A DNA stretch of 64,000 nucleotides from an uncultured Actinomycetes bacterium (GTDB lineage: Bacteria > Actinomycetota > Thermoleophilia > UBA2241), in contig CAVPVX010000001.1 of NCBI GenBank assembly GCA_963709345.1, forward strand, positions 1 to 64,000, written 5' to 3'. Position numbers and translations under genes: made by a program. Under the pieces are notes generated by a model, which saw only the letters and a list, made by a program, of their open reading frames with translations, searched no databases and was not told the DNA's origin. Below, piece after piece: positions 50,193-59,505 of this stretch. Each line of letters opens with the position of its first letter. Position 1 is the stretch's first letter.

Positions 50193-50353
50193 GCTCGTGA
50201 CCCAGTGAACGAGCAGGCGGCGAAGGCGCATCCGGGGCCGCTCCGGCCGCCACTCCGGGACCGCCCCGTAGGCCGGATGCGCACAGCCGCCCCTGTCCCG
50301 ACCTCGTCGCTGCGGCTCCATACGAACCACCTGCCCAGCCTTCGCTCGCGGCG

Positions 50354-51908
50354 TCACTCCACCCCGTTGTCCTCGGCCTGCGGTTTGCGGAACGGCCACT
50401 CCCCGGCCACAAGGCTCAGAGCGCCCTCGAGAAGAACGGCCAACACAATGATCAGCACGATCCAGAGCCATGACCAACTGCCGAACGCCAGGAGCACGAG
50501 GCCGGCGATCAGGACCCCCCAGCGAAGCGCCTGCACGTGCCGCCACACCCAAGCCGTGAGCGGCCGTGCGGTGGTGACGTCGAAGTCGCTTCTGGAGACG
50601 ACACGCCTGCCCGTCTCCACGACGGCGACCTGCAGGTCGCGGCGCCCGGAGAACCAGGCGACCACGGCGACCACGGCGCCGATGACGACGATCCAGATGG
50701 TGATCGTGGTCAGAGGCCCGATGGCCGCGCCGACCACGTCCCTCGCCAGCCCCAGGCCACCGGCCCGTTCCAGGTCGTCGACGATCATGGCGGAACCGCG
50801 CCTGACGAGCACTCGTGTGACGATCAGCGCGATGGCAACGCCGACGCCGAGCTGGATGAGCGTGCGACGACGAGCGCGCGACAGCCAGACGGTCAGAGGC
50901 GATGAGCACGAGGGTGACGATGGGGATGACCCACGTGAGCGTGTCGAACCAGCGCACTGCCGTCTGGGCCGGCCCCAGAGAGTCCGATTTGAGCAGCGTG
51001 ACCTGGCCGAAGTCGTCCGGCAGGGGCCTGCCGGCCCATGACGAGACCTGGCCGATCGCCGTCGCCGGGTCGGTGCCGGGCTCGATCACCGGCGGGGCGA
51101 ACTTGTCGGCGAGCGCGCCCGGCAGCCTGCTGTCGAGCCACACGAGCGCCTGGCTGATGAGGGGCAGCGTGTCGAGCCTCACGTCGCTGCCCTCGATGTA
51201 GGCGTAGGTCGTGTCGCCGCGCAGCAGCGCCACGATCTTGTCGTGCGCCACCTCGTTGATCCTGAGCCACAGCTCGTACGCCTTGTCGCTGCTGAGCACT
51301 TTCTTCACGCCGTCGGTGAGGAAGTCGTCGACGGCTCCGGTGATCGGGCCGGCGAGGAACGACGCCTCTGGAGGCAGGGCATCCGCCGTCCGTCGCTGCA
51401 GGTCGGTGGCGGTCACCACCTCGCCGGCGATGTACTCGCTGAGCGCCTGGATCGCCTTCGGGTTCTTGCCGATGGGAGCGACCAGCTTCATGTAGCCGTC
51501 GGTGCTGAGGACCGAGTAGTGCGTCCAGATGGTGATGCCGCTCACCACGACGGCGAGACACGAGAGGATGACGAGGACGCCGACGAGGTAGCGGCGCCTG
51601 CGAAGACCCCCGCGACGGCCGGCAGGCTCCGCCTGCGGCTCGTCGACGGCCTTCGCAGTCGCCTCCTCGTCCGGCGCACGGGCAGCCGTCACCGCAGTCA
51701 CCGCCGTCGTCTCCGACGCAGTGGGGTCCGCAGCCGGGCGCGTTGCCTCTTCCAGGTCCGGCACGACCTCACCCGAGAGTTGCGTCCCGAGCGCCTCGTT
51801 CTCGGCCTCGAGTGCGGCGATCTTGTCGGCCAGCGCCTTCTGCTTCTTGAGGCTCGCGTTCCGCGCCTCGAGCGCCGCGAGCTGAGCGCGTAGTTCCTTC
51901 TCGTTCAT
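50354..51908 (-). CDS. Hypothetical membrane protein with N-terminal coiled coil; +1 frameshift near 50895
   Basis: Coding-like ORF from ATG 51908 that continues in the 50354..50812 frame with TM helices; span is 3n+1. Confidence 0.75.
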
Positions 51909-51972
51909 GTCGTTCGCCTCTCCCGTGCTCGCTGCCCCGTGCGCTCCCCTGTGGCCGGTCCGGCCACTTCAA

Positions 51973-52006
51973 CGCGAAGGACGGCCCCGGTGGGCCGCCC
52001 TTCGCG
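51973..52006. terminator. Hairpin downstream of the DUF1269 gene
   Basis: CGCGAAGGACGGCCC ... GGGCCGCCCTTCGCG. Confidence 0.5.
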
Positions 52007-52030
52007 AATCGATCGATGACCCGGTGACAC

Positions 52031-52531
52031 TCAGTCCTTGGCGTGCTTCTCGGTGCCGAAGGCCTTCTTGAGCTCCTCTTCCTGCTCCGTCGAGAGGTTG
52101 GAGCGTACCAGCTTGGCGTTGGTGCCCTGCACGGCGGCGAGGAACTTGTCCTCGGTCATCTGGCCGATGACGAGGAACCAGCCGGCCTTGCCCGGCGGTA
52201 CCGCGTCGCCCATCTGCTCGAGCACCTGCTTGTCGATGCCGGTCTTGCCCATCTTGCCGAAGAGGGCGCCCATGCCGGCGCCGATGGCGAGGCCGAGGAA
52301 CGGCATGAAGAAGAGCAGGCCGAAGAGCATGCCCCAGAAGGCGCCGCCGAGGGCTCCCGCGCCGACCAGCTTGGTGTCGTGCTTGACGTGCGGCTTGCCG
52401 TCCTCGTCGCGGACGACCATGGCGGCGTCCTGCAACTGCACGATCATGTCCTTCTGCAGCCCCGCCAGCGTAACGCCGAAGTCGTCGGCCGCAGCCTCGT
52501 TGTCGAATCCCAGGACCATCAGTTCGCTCAT
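52031..52531 (-). CDS. DUF1269 family membrane protein (second paralog)
   Basis: MSELMVLGF..GALGGAFWGMLFGLLF; very similar to 8671..9180. Confidence 0.88.
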   Translation of the reverse strand: MSELMVLGFDNEAAADDFGVTLAGLQKDMIVQLQDAAMVVRDEDGKPHVKHDTKLVGAGALGGAFWGMLFGLLFFMPFLGLAIGAGMGALFGKMGKTGIDKQVLEQMGDAVPPGKAGWFLVIGQMTEDKFLAAVQGTNAKLVRSNLSTEQEEELKKAFGTEKHAKD

Positions 52532-52636
52532 GTGCACTCCTTGTCGCTCTCGCCGAACACTGCATGATGCCCGTACGTCGCACGGGCCAAGCTGACCGTG
52601 ATGCTACCCCAACAGCGCGAACTGGACACCTGTGAC

Positions 52637-52652
52637 GTGACCACATGGTCAG
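52637..52652. promoter_or_regulatory. Putative TetR operator
   Basis: GTGACC-ACAT-GGTCAG upstream of the second DUF1269 gene, matching the site before the first. Confidence 0.65.
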
Positions 52653-52702
52653 CCCGGAGCACGGCGGAGCGAATGGGCCGGCCCGACCAGGCAAGGCCGG
52701 GC

Positions 52703-53680
52703 TCAGCGAAAAGCGCCGGGTGCATCCTTGACGGCCCGGCTGAGGATGCGTCTGGCGTTCACGCTCTTGATGTGCGAGCCGTCGTAGAAACCCTCCGGCG
52801 TGCCGCCGAACGACTCGATCTCCGTGTAGTCGAGCAGATGGAAGTCGTACTCGCCCTCCAGGCCGCGCAGATACGCTGCGAAGCCGTCGGCCTTGGCCTG
52901 CCAGCCCACCTCGCGGAAGGCGGCGAGCGCCGTCGGGTGATACGGCATGATCACCAGCACCGGCTCGACGCCGTGCAGGTTGAACAGGCGGAGCGTGCGC
53001 TCGAAGTAGCGCCGGGCGCGTGTCTGCGGGTAGGCCGACGGAGTCGCGGCCCTGGGCGCCATGCGCGCCAGGTAGATCCGCATGGACTTCTCGAGCCCGA
53101 CTCCCTGTTCCTCCCGCTGGTCGTAGCTGTTGCGGAGCAGGGACCCACGGCCGCTGTACTCGTGATCCCACTGCACACCCGGCATCGGCTTCGCGCCAAG
53201 GGCGCGCTGGGCCGCGATCAGCTCAGCCGGCAGAAACCGCGTGAGTCGCTCCTCGCCGAGCAGCCCGGGGTGAAGCGGCGAGTCGACGAGCGTCGTCACC
53301 TGCAGCGCCCAGACGCAGCGGAGCTTGACCTCCGGATCTCGCCAGAAGAGGTGGCGCGTGATCGCGTAGACGTCCTCCGGGCGCGAGTTCTGGAGCGCGA
53401 AGTTGAAGGCCGGTAGGCCGGTCAGCCGCTCGACCACCGAGGGCTTGAAGCGCTGCGCCCGCGAGCCGCCGTAGATGACGAGCTCCGGCGGCTCCGGCAA
53501 GAACTCCACCCGGTCGCACTTGTAGGTGCGGTCGTACAGCGGCGGCACCGCGCCGCCGCGCCGGGCGGCGCCGGCCACCGGCGTCACCGCCCAGGCGCCG
53601 AAGACGACGCTCCCCACCGCGGCGAGCGCGGCGAGCGCGATCAAACGGGCGGTGACGATGCCTGTCGCGTGCGAGTGCAT
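52703..53680 (-). CDS. Exported hypothetical protein, SGNH/DltD-like motifs
   Basis: N-terminal hydrophobic segment; YGGSRA, FNFA, FYDGSH. Confidence 0.7.
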   Translation of the reverse strand: MHSHATGIVTARLIALAALAAVGSVVFGAWAVTPVAGAARRGGAVPPLYDRTYKCDRVEFLPEPPELVIYGGSRAQRFKPSVVERLTGLPAFNFALQNSRPEDVYAITRHLFWRDPEVKLRCVWALQVTTLVDSPLHPGLLGEERLTRFLPAELIAAQRALGAKPMPGVQWDHEYSGRGSLLRNSYDQREEQGVGLEKSMRIYLARMAPRAATPSAYPQTRARRYFERTLRLFNLHGVEPVLVIMPYHPTALAAFREVGWQAKADGFAAYLRGLEGEYDFHLLDYTEIESFGGTPEGFYDGSHIKSVNARRILSRAVKDAPGAFR

Positions 53681-53788
53681 CCTTCGATGGTATGACGCCC
53701 GGCGACCCAGACAAAGCCGCGCCCAGGCACTGGCAGCCGCACCGAGGCAGGACGTAGACTGTCCGGGTACAGCGAACGGGGAGCGCGG

Positions 53789-54898
53789 GTGGCCGACGAA
53801 CAGGGGTTCACGTACAGGAAGGCGGGCGTCGACGTCGAGGCGGGCAACCGCGCCGTCGACCTGATGAAGCAGCGGCTGAGGAGCACGAAGAACCCTCTCG
53901 TGCTCGGCGGTCTCGGCGGGTTCGGCGGCGCCATGCGCCTGCCGCGCCTCAAGGATCCCGTCCTCGTCGCCGGCACCGACGGCGTCGGCACCAAGATCGA
54001 GATCGCCCGCCGCGTCGGCCGGCTGGACACCATCGGTATCGATCTCGTGGCGATGAGCGTCAACGACGTCTCCGCGTGCGGCGCCGTACCTCTCTTCTTT
54101 CTCGACTACCTCGTCGTCGGCTCCGTCGTGCCCGAAGAGGTCGCAGACATCGTCACTGGTGTCGACGAGGGATGTCTGCGCGCCCAGTGCGTCCTTCTCG
54201 GCGGCGAGACCGCCGAGCATCCGGGGCAGTTCCCCGACGGAGACTTCGACATGGCGGGCTTCGCCGTCGGCCTCGCCGAGCGCGACGACCTCTGGGGTCC
54301 TCAGTTGGTCAAGGACGGGGACGTGCTCGTCGGCATCGACTCGAGCGGTGTGCACAGCAACGGCTTCAGCCTCATCCGCCACCTGCTCGCCGAACACGCG
54401 ATCGACTTGGACAGCAACTTCATCGGCCAGGGCGGGGGCGTCGGCCTCTGCATCACGCCGAAGGAGGGGTTCGGGGCCTGCTACGACCCGCGCTCGACCG
54501 TCGGCGACGTGCTGCTCACGCCGACGGCCATCTACAGCCCCGTGCTGCACGACCTCGGGCACGCCGGCGGCATGCACGCCGCCGCGCACGTCACCGGCGG
54601 CGGCTTCCCCGACAACGTCGGCCGCGCCGTGCCGGGCGACCTGGCCGCCGTCATCGACCTCGCGAGCTGGACGCCGAGCCCGCTCTTCGGCTGGCTCCAC
54701 GGACTCGGCGTGCACCGCCCCGAGATGCTGAAGACCTTCAACTGTGGGCTCGGCATGGTCCTCGTGATGGATCCGGACCACGTGGAGAAGAACCTCATGA
54801 TCCTCGAGAAGGCCGGCCACGCCTCGCGCGTCGTCGGCGAGATCGTCCCCCGTGGCGACGGACCCGCCGTCACGTACAGCGGAGAGCTCCGCGTATGA
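53789..54898 (+). CDS. purM: Phosphoribosylformylglycinamidine cyclo-ligase (AIR synthetase)
   Basis: TYRKAGVD, GTDGVGTK, GGETAEHP, SSGVHSNGFSL, AHVTGGG, TFNCGLGM. Confidence 0.95.
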   Translation: MADEQGFTYRKAGVDVEAGNRAVDLMKQRLRSTKNPLVLGGLGGFGGAMRLPRLKDPVLVAGTDGVGTKIEIARRVGRLDTIGIDLVAMSVNDVSACGAVPLFFLDYLVVGSVVPEEVADIVTGVDEGCLRAQCVLLGGETAEHPGQFPDGDFDMAGFAVGLAERDDLWGPQLVKDGDVLVGIDSSGVHSNGFSLIRHLLAEHAIDLDSNFIGQGGGVGLCITPKEGFGACYDPRSTVGDVLLTPTAIYSPVLHDLGHAGGMHAAAHVTGGGFPDNVGRAVPGDLAAVIDLASWTPSPLFGWLHGLGVHRPEMLKTFNCGLGMVLVMDPDHVEKNLMILEKAGHASRVVGEIVPRGDGPAVTYSGELRV

Positions 54899-55902
54899 GA
54901 CCGGTCGACCTGCTCGGCTGCGGAGCGCTCAACCTCGATCTGATCTACCGCCTACCCCCCAGCTTCCCGCTCTGGGACGAACTGGGGCCGCCGGGCGGCG
55001 AGCAGTTGATGGACGAGGCGGTGCGAAGAGCGGTCGAGGAGGCGCTGGCGCACGTCGCCCCGACGCGAGCCGGGGGCGGCCAGGCGTCCAACAGCGTGTA
55101 CGCCCTGGCCCGTCTGGGATACAGGGCCGCGATGGTCGGCCGCATAGGCGACGACGACGACGGCCTCTTCCTGCTGGGCGAACTGGATCCGGCCGACGCC
55201 CGGCTGGTCCACCGGGAGGGCGAGACCGGCCGGGTCTACGTTCTCCTGGACGAGCGGGGCGAGCGCCGCAACCTGGTGTGGCCGGCGGCGAACGACGCCT
55301 TCTCGCCGGCCAACCTCCCGAGGCGCCTGCCGCGTACCCGCTGCGCCCTCTTCACCAGCTTCGTCGGAGACGCGCCGCTCGAGGCCCAGCTGGCGCTGCT
55401 CGAACGGCTCCCCGCCGGCGTCGAGGTCGGCTTCGACCCCGGCGAGATCTACGCGCGAAAAGGCGTCAAGCGCTTTCTTCCGATCCTGCAGCGCTGCGCC
55501 TACCTCTTCTCGACCGAGACCGAGCTCGAGATGCTCTGCGGCCTCTCGCTGGCCGAGTCCATCGACTTCCTCCTCAACATCGGAGTTGGCCTCGTGATCG
55601 TCAAGATGGGCAGCCGGGGTGCCCGGCTGGTCGGCCGCCGCGTTGACCTCTACGTGCCGCCTCTGCCCGCGGATGTGGTCGACGTCACCGGCGCCGGCGA
55701 CCTGTTCGCCGCCGGCTTCATCGCCGGGATGCTCGAGCAGGTCGGCCTCGAGAGCGCCGGGCGCCTGGCCTCCTGGGCGGCGAGCCACGGCATCACCGGC
55801 CTCGGTCGCAGCACCTACCCCGACGCCGAGGCCTGGGGTCTGCGCCTTGCCGAGGAGCGCGGGGACGAGCGGCCGGCCGCGAACGGGCCGGGCGGAACGT
55901 GA
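54895..55902 (+). CDS. PfkB/ribokinase-family kinase
   Basis: GALNLD, GGGQASN, VGRIGDD, FDPG, DVTGAGDLFAAGF; ATGA overlap with purM. Confidence 0.92.
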   Translation: MRPVDLLGCGALNLDLIYRLPPSFPLWDELGPPGGEQLMDEAVRRAVEEALAHVAPTRAGGGQASNSVYALARLGYRAAMVGRIGDDDDGLFLLGELDPADARLVHREGETGRVYVLLDERGERRNLVWPAANDAFSPANLPRRLPRTRCALFTSFVGDAPLEAQLALLERLPAGVEVGFDPGEIYARKGVKRFLPILQRCAYLFSTETELEMLCGLSLAESIDFLLNIGVGLVIVKMGSRGARLVGRRVDLYVPPLPADVVDVTGAGDLFAAGFIAGMLEQVGLESAGRLASWAASHGITGLGRSTYPDAEAWGLRLAEERGDERPAANGPGGT

Positions 55903-55921
55903 GCGGGGCGGAGGCGGGCAC

Positions 55922-56731
55922 GTGAGGGTCGGCTGGCTCTCCAGCGGCCGAGACCCAGCCGCCACCAATCTCCTCGCGGACGTCGTCGCGCGGGCGCAGC
56001 AGGACGGCGTCCCGCTCGAGATCGGCGCCGTCTTCAGCGACCGCGAGCGCGGCGAGGCGCCGGAGAGCGACCACTTCATCGACCTCGTCGAGCGACTCGA
56101 CCTGCCGCTCGTCACCTTATCGAGCGCCGCCAGCTGGGTCGAAGCCCAGAAGCTCGGCGTCTCCCGCTCCACGTGGCGCGAGGAGTATCACCGAGGCGTC
56201 ATGGACCTGCTGGTGCCACACCGCCTCGGCGTGCTGGTGATGGCCGGCTACATGCTCGTCGCCAGCCCGGCAATGTGCCGTAAGTTCGCCATCCTCAACC
56301 TCCACCCGGCTCTGCCAAGCGGACCCACCGGCACCTGGCAGGATGTCATCTGGCAGCTCCTCGACGACGAGGCCGACGCGACGGGCGCCATGGTCCACCT
56401 GGCGACGGCGCAACTCGACCGCGGTCCCGTCGTCAGCACCTTCCGTCTCTCCCTGCGCGGCGACGACTGGGAACCACTGTGGCGGCAGTTCCGGGAGAAG
56501 CGCGAGACAAAGAGCGTGTTGGAGATCGCCGCCGCGGAAGGCGAGACCGAGCCTCTGTTCGCCGAGATCCGCCGCCGCGGCGAGATCCGCGAAATACCGC
56601 TGCTCTACCAGACGCTGCGCCAGTTCGCCGAGGGCCGGCTCAACACCTCCAGCGGCGCCGTGTTCGCCGAGTCGGTCCGGCTGCCGCTCGACCTGACGGA
56701 GCTGGTCGACGAGGAGGTCCGGCAGCGATGA
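55922..56731 (+). CDS. Atypical PurN-like formyltransferase
   Basis: MAGYM, LNLHPALP, GAMVH and LDRGP (catalytic N/H/D present); N-terminal loop SSGRDPAA differs from SGxGSN; 269 aa with a C-terminal insertion. Confidence 0.85.
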   Translation: MRVGWLSSGRDPAATNLLADVVARAQQDGVPLEIGAVFSDRERGEAPESDHFIDLVERLDLPLVTLSSAASWVEAQKLGVSRSTWREEYHRGVMDLLVPHRLGVLVMAGYMLVASPAMCRKFAILNLHPALPSGPTGTWQDVIWQLLDDEADATGAMVHLATAQLDRGPVVSTFRLSLRGDDWEPLWRQFREKRETKSVLEIAAAEGETEPLFAEIRRRGEIREIPLLYQTLRQFAEGRLNTSSGAVFAESVRLPLDLTELVDEEVRQR

Positions 56732-57813
56732 GCGCCGGTACGGCTGCACCGGCCGGCCCGCCGGCGACCACCGGCCGCATCTACGTCACCGACTGCGAGG
56801 GGCCGCTCACCAAGAACGACAACGCCCAGGAGATCGCGGAGCGCTTCATCCCTGAGGGAGCCGAGCTCTTCGCCAGGCTCAGCCGGTACGACGACTTCCT
56901 CGCCGACGTGCGCCGCAAGCCCGGCTACAACGCCGGCGACACCCTGCGCCTGCTGCCGCCGTTCCTCAAAGCGTTCTACGTCAGCGACGAGGACGTCGAG
57001 CTCTTCAGCGCCGAGGGCGTCCTGCTGGTGCCCAAGGCGCTGGAGGCGCTCGCCGCCGTCACCGCGCTGATGCCCGCGTACATCATCTCGACATCGTACA
57101 CGCCGTACCTCAGGGCGCTGTGCGAGCTGGCGGAGTTCCCCTTCGCGCGCGTCCGCTGCACCGAGCTCAGCCTGGACGCCTGGGAGATGCCCGAGGCGGA
57201 GGCTGTGTGGCTCCGCGAAGCCGCGGAGCAGGTGCTCGCCCGACCGGTGATCGACATCCCGGAGGGGGCGGTCGGCGAAGGCGACCTCACGCCCGACGAC
57301 AACGCGACGGTGGCCGAGCTCGACGACCTCTTCTGGGCGCGAATGATCGGCCGCGTGAGCGGCGAGATGGTGGCCGCCGTCCGCCCCGTGGGTGGCGGCC
57401 AGAAGCTCGCGGCGCTCGAGACGATCGTCGCTGCCGAGGGCGTCGCCGGAACCGGCGTCATGTACGTCGGCGATTCGATCACCGACGCGCCGCCGCTGGA
57501 GGCCGTCAGGGCCTGGGGCGGCGTCTCGCTCAGCTTCAACGGCAACGCCTACGCGATCGCAGCCGCGGAGTTCGCCGCCGCGAGCCCCGACGCGGACGTA
57601 CAGGCGCGGCTGGCGCAGGCGTTTGCGGAGGGCGGCCGTGACGCCGTGACCGCGGCCGTACGCGCCTGGCCGCAGACGAAGAAGGGCGTCCGGCCGGCCG
57701 GCCGGGCTCGCGCGCGCGTCGGCGTCGTCTCCGAAGAACGCGACGCGCTCACCGAGGCATCCGCCGCCACGCGGCGCCTGGTCCGCGGCGAGCGCGTGGC
57801 CCGCCTCGGCTGA
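56728..57813 (+). CDS. EhaR-like HAD-superfamily phosphohydrolase
   Basis: VTDCEGP (motif I variant), ISTSY (II), GGGQK (III), YVGDSITD (IV), SFNGN; ATGA overlap with the formyltransferase. Confidence 0.8.
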   Translation: MSAGTAAPAGPPATTGRIYVTDCEGPLTKNDNAQEIAERFIPEGAELFARLSRYDDFLADVRRKPGYNAGDTLRLLPPFLKAFYVSDEDVELFSAEGVLLVPKALEALAAVTALMPAYIISTSYTPYLRALCELAEFPFARVRCTELSLDAWEMPEAEAVWLREAAEQVLARPVIDIPEGAVGEGDLTPDDNATVAELDDLFWARMIGRVSGEMVAAVRPVGGGQKLAALETIVAAEGVAGTGVMYVGDSITDAPPLEAVRAWGGVSLSFNGNAYAIAAAEFAAASPDADVQARLAQAFAEGGRDAVTAAVRAWPQTKKGVRPAGRARARVGVVSEERDALTEASAATRRLVRGERVARLG

Positions 57814-57875
57814 GGGAGCGGCCGCCATGCCGCCGCCGGCCGTCTTGCCGCACCCCGCCGACCCGAAAGCCCCCC

Positions 57876-58700
<825 letters not shown>

Positions 58701-58801
58701 CTTCCCGGTGGTCCACCGGCGGCCCGACCGGAAGCGTACGCCGCCGTCCGTCGTTCCACCCTTACGCGCGTACGTTGACGAGTCGGCGCCGACACCCGTA
58801 C

Positions 58802-58828
58802 CGTACTTTGTAAGCCATACAATGTACG
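58802..58828. promoter_or_regulatory. Tandem operators and -10 box of the third tetR
   Basis: CGTACTTTGTAAG and CATACAATGTACG palindromes; TACAAT at 58818. Confidence 0.6.
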
Positions 58829-58851
58829 CCCGGTTCACACAGGAGGACGCC

Positions 58852-59505
58852 ATGCCCGTCGCCGAGGAGACGACCCCGCGCCGCGCCGCCCTGACCCGCG
58901 AGCGCATCGTGGAACTCGCTCTGGAGATCATCGATGAGGACGGTCTCGAGGCCCTGAACATGCGCCGGCTCGCCGCGGGCGCCGGCGTCAGGCCCATGAG
59001 TCTGTACCACCACTTCCCCAACAAGGCGGCGATCCTGGACGCGGTGGGCGAGAGGATCGCCGCGGCGGCGCTCGGAGCCTCGCAGCGTGACCCGCGCTGG
59101 CGGAGCCGCGTGCGCCAGCTGTTCATGGGCCTGCACGCACTCACCGAGGCGCACCCACGGGCGCTGCCACTCATATCCGCGGCCGTCGTACGCACGCCCA
59201 GCGGCCGCCGCTGGATGGAGGAACTGATGGGCACACTCCTCGAGGCAGGCTTCAGCGAGAATCGCGCCGCGACCGTCTATCACGTGCTCGGCGCGTACAC
59301 GCTCGGTCTGGGCTACGCGAGGATGCTGGGCGACGAGGTGCAGACCTCGGACATCGTCGCCCAGCTCGTCGGCCACTGGGCCGACTACCCGAACATGATG
59401 CGCGTCGGCATGCGGCTCGCGGTCTGGGACCGGCCGGGCGAGTTCGAGACCGGGTTGGACGTGTTGCTCGCCCACTTCACGGACCGGCCCGGGAGGCGCG
59501 CGTGA
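58852..59505 (+). CDS. TetR family regulator (TetR_C type)
   Basis: LTRERIVELALEIIDEDGLEALNMRRLA..SLYHHFPNK; FETGLDVLL. Confidence 0.92.
   Translation: MPVAEETTPRRAALTRERIVELALEIIDEDGLEALNMRRLAAGAGVRPMSLYHHFPNKAAILDAVGERIAAAALGASQRDPRWRSRVRQLFMGLHALTEAHPRALPLISAAVVRTPSGRRWMEELMGTLLEAGFSENRAATVYHVLGAYTLGLGYARMLGDEVQTSDIVAQLVGHWADYPNMMRVGMRLAVWDRPGEFETGLDVLLAHFTDRPGRRA

Noticed and set aside
56728-57813. A hydrogenase-related role implied by the EhaR name
   Set aside because: No hydrogenase genes in the window; HAD motifs and the purM context point to nucleotide metabolism.
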